From NCBI GenBank assembly GCA_003567685.1, contig PWYW01000035.1:1503-65502 (forward strand): 64,000 nt of DNA, read 5' to 3'. Below the pieces are notes generated by a model. The model was not told the origin of the DNA. It did no database searches and saw only the letters and a program-made list of their open reading frames with translations. The DNA comes from Gammaproteobacteria bacterium. GTDB lineage: Bacteria; Pseudomonadota; Gammaproteobacteria; Xanthomonadales; Wenzhouxiangellaceae. This document shows positions 51,119 through 59,123 of this stretch, one piece after another (position 1 is the first letter of the stretch; each line of letters begins with the position of its first letter). The position numbers and the translations under genes are program-made.

Positions 51119-52372
51119 TCAGCGCAGTCGAACCGAGTCGACATCGGCAAACTCGCTCATGTCGGCCAGGATCACGCGTTCGCCGGGACTGAGCCCGCCG
51201 ACCACTTCGGCCTCGCGTGAGGACAGACGGCCAAGCTCTACCTCGACCTGCCGGGCACGCCGCCCATTGGCGCTGACCACGAACAGCGACAGACGCTGGC
51301 CTTCCTGGCGCGCCTGCGACGGGCGCGGAATCACCACGACCTGGTCCAACCGTTCCAGCTCGATGCGCCCGTTGATGCCCTGGTCCGGCCGCAGGGCCGG
51401 CAAACTCTCGGAAACCAGCGCCACGTCGACATCAATGTGGCGGTCCCTGGCGGTGGGGTCGACCCTCAGTACCTCGCCCTCGATGATCTCGCGACCCAGC
51501 TCGAGTCGCACCGGCAGGCCAATCAACACGTCGGATGCCTCGCGCTCGGGCACGCGCAGGCGGGCAATCAGGTATTCGGGGTCGACGATGCGTGCGACCA
51601 GTTCGCCCGCCGCCAGTCGTTCGCCTTCCTGGACATTGACCTCCTGGATCACGCCAACGCTGCCGGCAGACACCTGGAGTTGATCGATCAGCGATTCGAG
51701 ATGGTTGACCTTGTCGCGCTGTCTGGCCAGCCGGGCCTGGGAAGCACTTTGCTGAGCCGCCCGGTGTTCGGGCGCGCGTTGCGATCGGGCCTGCTCGGCC
51801 TCCAGACGACGCTTGAGTTGTTCAACGCGCAAACGCGAGCGCTCGACCTCGATGGCGGAGAACACCTGGGCCTGTTCCAGCTCTTCCTGGGCCTGGAGCT
51901 CGATCAACGCGCTGGTGTATTCCGACTCGGCCTGGGCCAGTTGGGCAATCAGGTCCAGCTCGCGATTCTGGATTTCGACGGTTTGCCCCGCCTCGTCAGC
52001 CTCGACGGCAGCCAGGTCCCAGCGCGCCTGGGCAAGGTCTTCTTCAAGGTCAGGGCTGGACATGATCAGCAGGACGGTGTCGCCCTCAACGGCGTCACCG
52101 GGCAGCACCAGCACCTCCTCGACCACGCCAGGGTTTCGATTGGTGACCGCCCGAATTCTTGGTGCGACCAGGGTGCCCGCCGCCGAAACCTCTCGCAGCA
52201 GCTCGCCTTCAACCACATCGCCATACCAAAGCCGATCGCTATTGACGGACGGCGAACGGTTCAGCAGAACCAGTGCCAAACTGACCAGGACAATCAAAGC
52301 CAGGCTGCCCAGCCAGATCGGCCAATATTTCACCCATACGGGTCGAGTGGTCTGTTTTCTTTGAATATCCAT
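51119..52372 (-). CDS. HlyD/MacA-type periplasmic adaptor (membrane fusion protein)
   Basis: Start at MDIQRKQTTRP... with one N-terminal TM helix. It has a lipoyl-like region, a long coiled coil (LQAQEELEQAQV...RLRVEQLKRRLEAEQAR) and a beta-barrel. The track start at 52504 is an extension. Confidence 0.85.
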   Translation of the reverse strand: MDIQRKQTTRPVWVKYWPIWLGSLALIVLVSLALVLLNRSPSVNSDRLWYGDVVEGELLREVSAAGTLVAPRIRAVTNRNPGVVEEVLVLPGDAVEGDTVLLIMSSPDLEEDLAQARWDLAAVEADEAGQTVEIQNRELDLIAQLAQAESEYTSALIELQAQEELEQAQVFSAIEVERSRLRVEQLKRRLEAEQARSQRAPEHRAAQQSASQARLARQRDKVNHLESLIDQLQVSAGSVGVIQEVNVQEGERLAAGELVARIVDPEYLIARLRVPEREASDVLIGLPVRLELGREIIEGEVLRVDPTARDRHIDVDVALVSESLPALRPDQGINGRIELERLDQVVVIPRPSQARQEGQRLSLFVVSANGRRARQVEVELGRLSSREAEVVGGLSPGERVILADMSEFADVDSVRLR

Positions 52373-52445
52373 TCTTGTTCGTTCCCCACTGCCCGAGTTC
52401 TCGGACTGCCAACAAGCGCCTTGGTTCAAGCGAGGCGACTGCTGC

Positions 52446-54200
52446 CTATCGACCGCCGCCACCGCCTCCGCCGCCGCCTCCGCCGGAGAAGCCGCCGCCA
52501 CCACCGCCCGAACTGGAGCCGGGCGGACTGGACGAGGAGGCGATGCTTGAGCTCAAGCCCTTGCCCAGCGACTGGCTGACCGCGCCAATGCCGGCCACGC
52601 TGGCGCCGGTTCCGGTGTACCAGCGCATGCGGCTTTGGGTTTGCTGGGCCACCGCCTGGCCAACCACTGAGGAGAACTTGCCGGTCCAGGCGTCCTCAAC
52701 ATCCAGCGCCACCGCATAAGGCAGAAAGGCCTCGAACCGCTCGGGCGTCAGATCGGGCGTTTGCTCGTCCGGTTTCTTCAATCCGGCCAGATCCTGCTTC
52801 TCGGCGACACTCAGATAAAGCTTCAGGCCCTCGATATGGTCAAGCAAGCGTCTGCCCTCCTCGGTGGGCGCCGGCATCATTGCCGTGAACAGCAGAGCGA
52901 CCAGCAGCAGGGCGCACACGCTCAGGATCAGGCCCAGGCCGATGTCGCCGGCCATCACCAATGCCAGGGTGATCATCACCGCAGTCAATACCCAGCCGAC
53001 CACGATGGTCGGAATGTTCATATTGATGTACCGGCCCTTGTACCGCTCACTGAGCGCCTTCGACTGGGCCACCATGGCAGCCTGCACCAGGCTGGCATTG
53101 ACCGGCTTGAATTCCAGCGTAGGTCCGGCCGAGAACAGCTTGGGCAATAAGGCCGACTGGCTAGGTGGGAGATCAGCCGTTACTGCATTCTCCACCCGCT
53201 CGATTCGCCAGTTCTCTGAGAATCGGCTCTTTTTGTCGTGCTCAATACGAATGAGGCCACGTACGCCCAGCTCAATCAAATCGGCCGAGAAACAGCGCTG
53301 GTCGTAGGTCTTGCGCTGGACGTAGCGCAGGCCAGCCGGCGAATAGCTGGCCGGCGGTTCATAACGCGCGATGATCACACCGGCCTGCGGCCCCCGCCCC
53401 TTGCTCAACCAGGAGCGCAGGAAGAAGATCATCAGCGGGATAGAACCCAGCAACAGAATGAGAACGCCTCGATTATCATTCAGAAACCAGCCCGCTCGCT
53501 GGCCGGGGGTTGGTTCTTCAACCAGGCCCTTGGGAAAGCCGACCGCAACCGTCAGGCCCTCCTGGGGACCAAGCGGCTGACCGGTTTCGACCTGCACCCG
53601 ACCCGGTCCAGCAACCGTGGCGCGGGCATGGCTGGCATCGCTGCCCTCCGACCCGGTGTAGTGGTCGATGCGCAGATCGGCTTCGTCGACTGGCCCCGGC
53701 AACCTGACCGTCGCACTGGCATGGTCAATGGGAAACGCCCAGCCCAGGCCGGTGACGTTCCAGTAGAACTCATCGAAGTCGTCAAAGAAACCCAACTGGC
53801 GGTTGGTGCGGTAGCGAATGGTGAAGGTGTACTCGCCGGGTCCCGGCAGAAAATTGTCGTCCCCGGTATTCAGGCGCACACCGTTGCGACGACTTTCGGT
53901 AAACCAGGGCTCGGGCTGACCGTCGCGCAACACCTCGATCACCTTGAAATCGACCACGACGCGGTTATTGCCGCGGTCGCGGTAGCGAGTGGGAAAATCG
54001 CGGTAGATGCCCCGTCGAATTTGCTGCTGGAGCGAGCGAACGACAACCGTTTCAGTGACCTGAACTGACCCATCGGCATGAATGGCGATATCGCTGTGAT
54101 AACTGAGGATGCGCTCATCATTGCTGCCATGGGCCAGCGTTACACCAAAGGTATGGCAGCCTGCAAATAGCGCAAGCCCAATGAACCACCAACGCCTCAT
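52446..54200 (-). CDS. DUF2207 domain-containing membrane protein with a Gly-rich C-terminal tail
   Basis: Signal/lipobox-like MRRWWFIGLALFAGC. The N-terminal domain is ILSYHSDIAIHADGSVQVTETVV...RGIYRDFPTRY. Central TM helices follow. The tail is ...GGGGGGFSGGGGGGGGGGGR*. Confidence 0.8.
   Translation of the reverse strand: MRRWWFIGLALFAGCHTFGVTLAHGSNDERILSYHSDIAIHADGSVQVTETVVVRSLQQQIRRGIYRDFPTRYRDRGNNRVVVDFKVIEVLRDGQPEPWFTESRRNGVRLNTGDDNFLPGPGEYTFTIRYRTNRQLGFFDDFDEFYWNVTGLGWAFPIDHASATVRLPGPVDEADLRIDHYTGSEGSDASHARATVAGPGRVQVETGQPLGPQEGLTVAVGFPKGLVEEPTPGQRAGWFLNDNRGVLILLLGSIPLMIFFLRSWLSKGRGPQAGVIIARYEPPASYSPAGLRYVQRKTYDQRCFSADLIELGVRGLIRIEHDKKSRFSENWRIERVENAVTADLPPSQSALLPKLFSAGPTLEFKPVNASLVQAAMVAQSKALSERYKGRYINMNIPTIVVGWVLTAVMITLALVMAGDIGLGLILSVCALLLVALLFTAMMPAPTEEGRRLLDHIEGLKLYLSVAEKQDLAGLKKPDEQTPDLTPERFEAFLPYAVALDVEDAWTGKFSSVVGQAVAQQTQSRMRWYTGTGASVAGIGAVSQSLGKGLSSSIASSSSPPGSSSGGGGGGFSGGGGGGGGGGGR
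52452..52508 (-). repeat. Glycine-codon tract (11 Gly + SF + 6 Gly), GGN/CCN trinucleotide low-complexity repeat
   Basis: Read directly: acc gcc gcc acc gcc tcc gcc gcc gcc tcc gcc gga gaa gcc gcc gcc acc acc gcc on the + strand. Confidence 0.9.
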
Positions 54201-54754
54201 GACAAGCCCGCCACGGCCGGTGCCCTGCGCTGCGGCGGTTCAGCCGCATAGAACTCGGCGGGCTGAAAACGAAACAAGCGGGCAACCACCAAGTCCGGAA
54301 AACTCTGGATGGCGATATTCAGATCCCGCACGGCACCGTTGTAAAAACGCCGGGCGAATTGGAGGTGGTCTTCCACCTCAACCAATTGCTCGCTGAGCTT
54401 CTGGAAATTGTCACTGGCCTTGAGCTCCGGATAATTCTCTTTCAACACCAGCAGGCGGGACAGCAAGGCCTCCAGCTCGTTCTCGATCTGACCCAACTTG
54501 GCGGGGCTATCGGTGGCCAGGGCCTGCGAACGCAAGCGGGTAACGCCTTCCAGCGTGTCGCGCTCATGGCCGGCGTAGGTTGATACCACCTTGACCACAT
54601 TGGGCACCAGGTCATGGCGCCGCGTCAGTTGCACATCGATGTCGCTCCAGGCGGTAGCCACGCGGTTGCGTTTGGCCACCAGCCGGTTGTAGGCCCAGAT
54701 CGCCCAGCCCAGCAGGCCGGCCAGCACCAGGGTCAAAATCCATTCCACTGACAT
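54197..54754 (-). CDS. lemA: LemA family protein
   Basis: The N-terminal TM helix MSVEWILTLVLAGLLGWAIWAYNRLV is followed by RNRVATAWSDIDVQLTRRHDLVPN...FYNGAVRDLN. There is a 4-nt overlap with the DUF2207 gene. Confidence 0.85.
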   Translation of the reverse strand: MSVEWILTLVLAGLLGWAIWAYNRLVAKRNRVATAWSDIDVQLTRRHDLVPNVVKVVSTYAGHERDTLEGVTRLRSQALATDSPAKLGQIENELEALLSRLLVLKENYPELKASDNFQKLSEQLVEVEDHLQFARRFYNGAVRDLNIAIQSFPDLVVARLFRFQPAEFYAAEPPQRRAPAVAGLS

Positions 54755-54884
54755 GATTGACTCGCCTGAATCTCCAGCGCTCATCTTACCGGCAAGCCCG
54801 GGGACGGCAAAGGCACGATGGCATCCTGCAAAAAAAACTGCCTGACAGGCTCGCAACTCATTGTTTTAATGGACTGACCTCACG

Positions 54885-54903
54885 GTGTCGCATCAGTGTC
54901 GCA
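54885..54903. promoter_or_regulatory. Tandem direct repeat GTGTCGCA-tca-GTGTCGCA (11-bp register), candidate operator
   Basis: Read directly in the 251-nt divergent intergenic region between lemA and the 55006 gene. Confidence 0.25.
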
Positions 54904-55005
54904 CGACAAAATGGTGACTTGGCAGGCGGCTGTCGTTGGCGGTTCTCAACGTGCAGGCTCAAATAGGCCAAAAGCCACTTGCGCTCAACCACGAGGACAC
55001 AGACC

Positions 55006-55476
55006 ATGAGCACTGACATCGGCAAAACAGAACGAGGCCAGACCTCCACCATGAAGATCAGCCTTAAACGCGGCATTGAATGCTTCTTTGATGTGGGTGA
55101 CGCCACCGTTCGCGTCTGGGCCTCCGCCTGGACGGGCCGCGAGGTGGTTGAGCTGAACGGCCAGGTTGTTTCGGACAAGCGCAGCCTGAAACTGTCCACC
55201 CCGCATCGGTTTACCCACGACGGCCATGACTACGAAGTCGTCTTCCAGATCAGCAGCCTTTTGAGCGGCCTGTTCGAAGTCTTTCTGTACCGGAACGGGA
55301 AGCTGCTCGATTCTGACCAGGGCCGCCATCAGTCCATTCCAGTCAACCACGAGACCGGCCAGGTCGATTGGCGACGCTATGGCCTGCAGATTTTTCTATG
55401 GACGATGGCCGGCGGGGTCGTCGGAGGCATTTTCGGCTTCCTGGTCGCCAGCCTGACCAAGGGAGCAGGCGCATGA
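55006..55476 (+). CDS. Hypothetical tail-anchored membrane protein (156 aa)
   Basis: AGGAC lies upstream of the ATG at 55006. A soluble ~120-aa N-domain is followed by a single C-terminal TM helix, YGLQIFLWTMAGGVVGGIFGFLVASL. No motif recognised. Confidence 0.5.
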   Translation: MSTDIGKTERGQTSTMKISLKRGIECFFDVGDATVRVWASAWTGREVVELNGQVVSDKRSLKLSTPHRFTHDGHDYEVVFQISSLLSGLFEVFLYRNGKLLDSDQGRHQSIPVNHETGQVDWRRYGLQIFLWTMAGGVVGGIFGFLVASLTKGAGA

Positions 55477-55525
55477 GCCGGCTGCGGAACATCGCTCTGT
55501 CATTCAACGACGGAGGACAACGCTG

Positions 55526-55846
55526 ATGGATGTGCGAGGCGAACGAATCCGACAGCTCCGACGGGAACGCGGCTGGACCCAGCAACAGCTGGCTGAGCTT
55601 ACCGACCTGAGTCTGCGCACGGTTCAACGGGTGGAAAACCAGAACGTTGCGTCCAACGAGACGGTCTCAGCCCTGTCGGCCGTGCTGGAACAACCGCGCG
55701 AAGAACTGCTGAGCCTGCCGCTCAGCGCCGACACACTTGCACGCATTGAACGTCGAGTGGCCTGGGTGTTGCCGGCAGCCACCGGCGTCGGCGCCCTGCT
55801 CGGCTCGCTGGGCACATGGGGCCTGATGCGCTGGCTGGGCGGGTAA
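55526..55846 (+). CDS. XRE-family HTH transcriptional regulator with a C-terminal membrane anchor
   Basis: GERIRQLRRERGWTQQQLAELTDLSLRTVQRVENQNVASNETVSALSAVL (HTH_3 type). The C-terminal hydrophobic segment is VAWVLPAATGVGALLGSLGTWGLMRWL. Confidence 0.75.
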   Translation: MDVRGERIRQLRRERGWTQQQLAELTDLSLRTVQRVENQNVASNETVSALSAVLEQPREELLSLPLSADTLARIERRVAWVLPAATGVGALLGSLGTWGLMRWLGG

Positions 55847-55901
55847 ACTGCCGCAGCCCGGACCGCGTCAATGACTTGAATCGATTTCCAAAGGAAACAC
55901 C

Positions 55902-57368
55902 ATGACACACGACCACCTGCTTGCCACGTATCAACGACTCCGTTCGCTGACGCGTCATGTGCTGGAGCGCTGGCTTCCTGTCGCGGCCATGCTGCTGGCC
56001 TTGCTGGCCGCCAATGACAGCCAGGCTCAGGCCCAGAATGCGACTGCCCTAGAAACCTTCGACCAGGTCTGGAACCAGGTTCGAGAGCAATACTTCGACT
56101 ACGAGCGGATCGAGGCCGACTGGGAGCAGGCGCGTGAGGAATTGCGCCCCCTGGCCGCCGAGCGCAGCCAGCCGGATGAGCTACGCCCGCTGCTACAGGA
56201 CCTGTTGGGCCGGATCGGCGAGTCGCATTTCGTCGTGGTACCGGGCCAGACCATCAACCGCCTCGCTGAGCTTGATCGCAGCAGCCGCGCCGATGACGAC
56301 AAGGATGACAGGGGGGATTCGGCGTCTGGCGCGCCATCCGTTGAAGCGATGACCGGCGCGGCCTCGCGCGCCGACACCGTCACCACCGGGCTGACGCTGC
56401 GGTTGGTCGGCAACCAGGTCAGGGTTGCCTCGGTTCGTGCCGACAGCCCGGCTGACCATGCCGGTATCGAGCCCGGCTGGCGGGTTGAAGCGCTTGACGG
56501 CAGCGAGCTGGCCGACACCCTCGCGTCGCTGGCCAACATCGACAGCGATGACGAGCGGCGGCGTGCCGTGGTGCTGCTGGAACTGGGCCTGCAAGGCATG
56601 GCCAGCCTTGTCCCCGCCCAAAGCGAGGTCGAACTGCGTCTGATCAATCATCAGGACGAAGTCATCGAGACACGGCTGCGCGGCCAGACCTTGAGCCACG
56701 CCACCACCCAGATCGGCAACCTGCCCCCCATGGCCTTTGATTTCCAGCTCGAACGCCAGGCCATCGACCAGGGATGTGCTCAGGTCATGGCCTTCTCCAG
56801 CTGGGTACCGGCATTGACCGAGACCTTCCAGGGCGAGCGCGAGGCGGTGTTTGCCTGCCAGGGCCTGGTGATTGACCTGCGTGGCAACCCCGGCGGAGTT
56901 ATGACCACTATGGTGCCGCTGGCCGCCGATCTGTTCGACGAATCCGTAGTGCTGGGATCACTGCTCAGAAGCGATGCGCGGTTGGATTTCCGCGTGTTGC
57001 CGCGCCGAGTGGCGATGGACGGTCAGCGCCTCCAGCCGTTCGACGGCCCAATCGCCATTCTGATCGACTCGCTAAGCGCCAGCACCTCGGAAATGTTCGC
57101 CGCCGGCATGCAGGCAACTGGGCGGGCCAAACTGTTTGGCGAGCGCTCCGCCGGCATGGCCCTGCCCTCGCAGATGCTGCCACTGGCCAACGGCGATTTT
57201 TTGATGTACGCCTTTGCCGACTACCGCGACAGCCAGGATCGACGTATCGAAGGCGTCGGCGCGCTGCCCGATTTCCCGGTCTCGCTGAATGACGACAATA
57301 TCCACCAACAACCCTCGCCAGTGCTGCAAGCCGCGCTGGACTGGATCAACCAGGAACTTTCACCCTGA
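55902..57368 (+). CDS. S41 family peptidase (C-terminal processing protease-like) with PDZ domain
   Basis: N-terminal anchor/signal sequence. PDZ-like region GLTLRLVGNQVRVASVRADSPADHAGIEPGWRVEALDG. S41 motifs LVIDLRGNPGG and LIDSLSASTSEMFA. Confidence 0.85.
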   Translation: MTHDHLLATYQRLRSLTRHVLERWLPVAAMLLALLAANDSQAQAQNATALETFDQVWNQVREQYFDYERIEADWEQAREELRPLAAERSQPDELRPLLQDLLGRIGESHFVVVPGQTINRLAELDRSSRADDDKDDRGDSASGAPSVEAMTGAASRADTVTTGLTLRLVGNQVRVASVRADSPADHAGIEPGWRVEALDGSELADTLASLANIDSDDERRRAVVLLELGLQGMASLVPAQSEVELRLINHQDEVIETRLRGQTLSHATTQIGNLPPMAFDFQLERQAIDQGCAQVMAFSSWVPALTETFQGEREAVFACQGLVIDLRGNPGGVMTTMVPLAADLFDESVVLGSLLRSDARLDFRVLPRRVAMDGQRLQPFDGPIAILIDSLSASTSEMFAAGMQATGRAKLFGERSAGMALPSQMLPLANGDFLMYAFADYRDSQDRRIEGVGALPDFPVSLNDDNIHQQPSPVLQAALDWINQELSP

Positions 57369-57384
57369 CCTTATGGAGAAACAC

Positions 57385-58146
57385 ATGATCAAGCAAACCA
57401 AGCTGTTGACCGGCGCCATCGCGCTGGCCCTGAGCATTGCCCACGGCCCTTTGGCCGCAGAAGAAGCCGATTTGCCGGAGGCCCGCACGCTGATCGACCG
57501 GCACCTGGAAGCCTCTGGCGGACGCGACGCCCTGATGGCCCAGAGCGAAGGCACCCTGGAAGGCGAATTCGCCATGCCGGCGGCCGGCATGAGCGGCAGT
57601 CTGATCGTGGCCAGCCGCGATGGCAACGAGCGCGTCATGCGCATCGAACTGCCGGGCATTGGTGAAATGAAAACCGGCTTCAGCCCGGACCTGGGCTGGT
57701 CGATTGACCCCTTCATGGGCCCGAGGCTGATTGAAGGCGCCGAATTTGACGCGCTGGCAGAAAGCTCGTTGCCCGAAGCCATCGTGCGCGACCCCAGCAT
57801 GGTCACGGCCACCACCGTGGGGCAGGCGGAATTTCTTGACCAGGCCTGCTGGAAAGTGAAGCTGGAATGGAAATCCGGTCGGACAACGCACGATTGCTAC
57901 GCCGTCGAGTCCGGCTTTCTGATTGCCACGGAAAGCGTGGAAGTCTCACCCATGGGCGAAATCCAGACCACGACCCTTATGGACGACTACCAGGAATTCG
58001 ACGGCTTCAAAATGGCGACGACCACGCGGGTGCTGGTGATGGGCCAGGAGCAAGTCCTGACCATGAACAGCTTCAGCATGGAAACGCCCGATCCGGCGCT
58101 GTTTGAACTGCCGCCGGCCATTCAGACTTTGCTGGAAGATCAGTAA
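57385..58146 (+). CDS. Secreted hypothetical protein, possibly LolA-like (outer-membrane lipoprotein-sorting fold)
   Basis: GGAG RBS. Signal peptide MIKQTKLLTGAIALALSIAHGPLAA. The beta-rich sequence starts ARTLIDRHLEASGGRDAL..., which I associate with LolA-like DUF proteins. The family call is weak. Confidence 0.4.
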   Translation: MIKQTKLLTGAIALALSIAHGPLAAEEADLPEARTLIDRHLEASGGRDALMAQSEGTLEGEFAMPAAGMSGSLIVASRDGNERVMRIELPGIGEMKTGFSPDLGWSIDPFMGPRLIEGAEFDALAESSLPEAIVRDPSMVTATTVGQAEFLDQACWKVKLEWKSGRTTHDCYAVESGFLIATESVEVSPMGEIQTTTLMDDYQEFDGFKMATTTRVLVMGQEQVLTMNSFSMETPDPALFELPPAIQTLLEDQ

Positions 58147-58158
58147 GCCAGATACAAC

Positions 58159-58190
58159 AGCGCCCCGCCAGAACCTGGCAGGGCGCTTTC
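58159..58190. terminator. Hairpin terminator between convergent genes
   Basis: AGCGCCCCGCCAG-aac-CTGGCAGGGCGCT followed by TTCC. The 13-bp stem has one mismatch. Confidence 0.6.
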
Positions 58191-58211
58191 CTCGGGGCAA
58201 CCCTTCCTCGG

Positions 58212-59018
58212 CTATTGGATTTTGAAAATGACCGTGGTCTGCAGCAGCGCAGGCGATGGCTGCGCTGCACTGGACTCGAACCGCCAGCGACGCAGGCTAC
58301 GCTCGGCGCTGCGGGCAAAATGAGGATGACTTGCGTGCAGGGCCACCTGATCGGCCACGCGACCGTTTTCATCAACAAGATAAGCGTGGCGTGTAAAGCC
58401 CACCCGGCGACGATCACCCATGCTCATCGGAAAGGCGGGTGCTCGGCGACGAGTGGCGGTCCACTCCTGGCAGATTCCCTGCGGCTGGATGCAGCTTGAC
58501 GTCTTCTTTTCGAAGTCCACAAGCCACTCGTTCAGCAGATAACCGGCGTGTCGCTCTGCGGTGCGAATCTCGTCCTCGTCGAGCAGGTCCAGCAAATCCC
58601 GCAGCAAGCTGACGCCCAGGTCCGAGTTGGCTTCCCCGCGCCGGATTTCCTCGAGGGTGAAATTGCTCTGAACCCAGAACTGGGCCCAGGCAAAGGCGTT
58701 GAGGTAGTCTTTATCTTCGAAGAAGATCTCGGCCAGCACCAGGCCGCCCATGTCGTCACCCAGGCGAATCGAGCGCTGCAGGGCAACCGCGGCCTCATCC
58801 ACGCGCCCCAGGTTTGCCAGCGCCGTGCCTACGATGAACTGAAGCAGAGGGTCGTCCTCGCCCTCGGTGGCCAGCGCATCAATCGCGCTCTCGTCTCCAC
58901 CCATGGCCAGCTCGATCTGGTCGAACCGGGCCTGCACGTCATCGGCAGGGTCGACATCGGACGCCATCACGCCCAGGGAAATTGCGAAACACAAAAACGC
59001 CAGCATTGTTTTAATCAT
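58212..59018 (-). CDS. Secreted protein with helical-repeat N-domain and TonB-C-like C-terminal domain
   Basis: Signal peptide MIKTMLAFLCFAISLGVMA. The C-terminus APAFPMSMGDRRRVGFTRHAYLVDENGRVADQVALHASHPHFARSAERSLRRWRFE resembles the TonB_C pattern (P.YP...G..G.V.....V...G.V......S....F...A......W.F). Confidence 0.45.
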   Translation of the reverse strand: MIKTMLAFLCFAISLGVMASDVDPADDVQARFDQIELAMGGDESAIDALATEGEDDPLLQFIVGTALANLGRVDEAAVALQRSIRLGDDMGGLVLAEIFFEDKDYLNAFAWAQFWVQSNFTLEEIRRGEANSDLGVSLLRDLLDLLDEDEIRTAERHAGYLLNEWLVDFEKKTSSCIQPQGICQEWTATRRRAPAFPMSMGDRRRVGFTRHAYLVDENGRVADQVALHASHPHFARSAERSLRRWRFESSAAQPSPALLQTTVIFKIQ

Positions 59019-59123
59019 TGAACACGCTCGTTAATCAGCCCGGTGACAGCTTACCCCCATCGGAGCCCGCATTGCCAGCCTTCAAGGCCATCCATCAATC
59101 CAGACCGACGGATGGCCAGCCGG

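Noticed and set aside
46926-52372. Radical SAM next to an HlyD/ABC exporter read as a RiPP (sactipeptide/ranthipeptide-like) gene cluster.
   Set aside because: The rSAM protein has no SPASM/twitch Cys cluster (4 Cys in total). No small precursor ORF is visible in the 93-nt and 16-nt gaps. The exporter is MacB/FtsX-type rather than a peptidase-fused ABC exporter.
52375-52719. ORF encoding a poly-proline run (PPPPPPPPPPPPEKPPPPPP).
   Set aside because: It is the reverse complement of the poly-Gly tail of the DUF2207 gene and so an artefact of the GGN tract.
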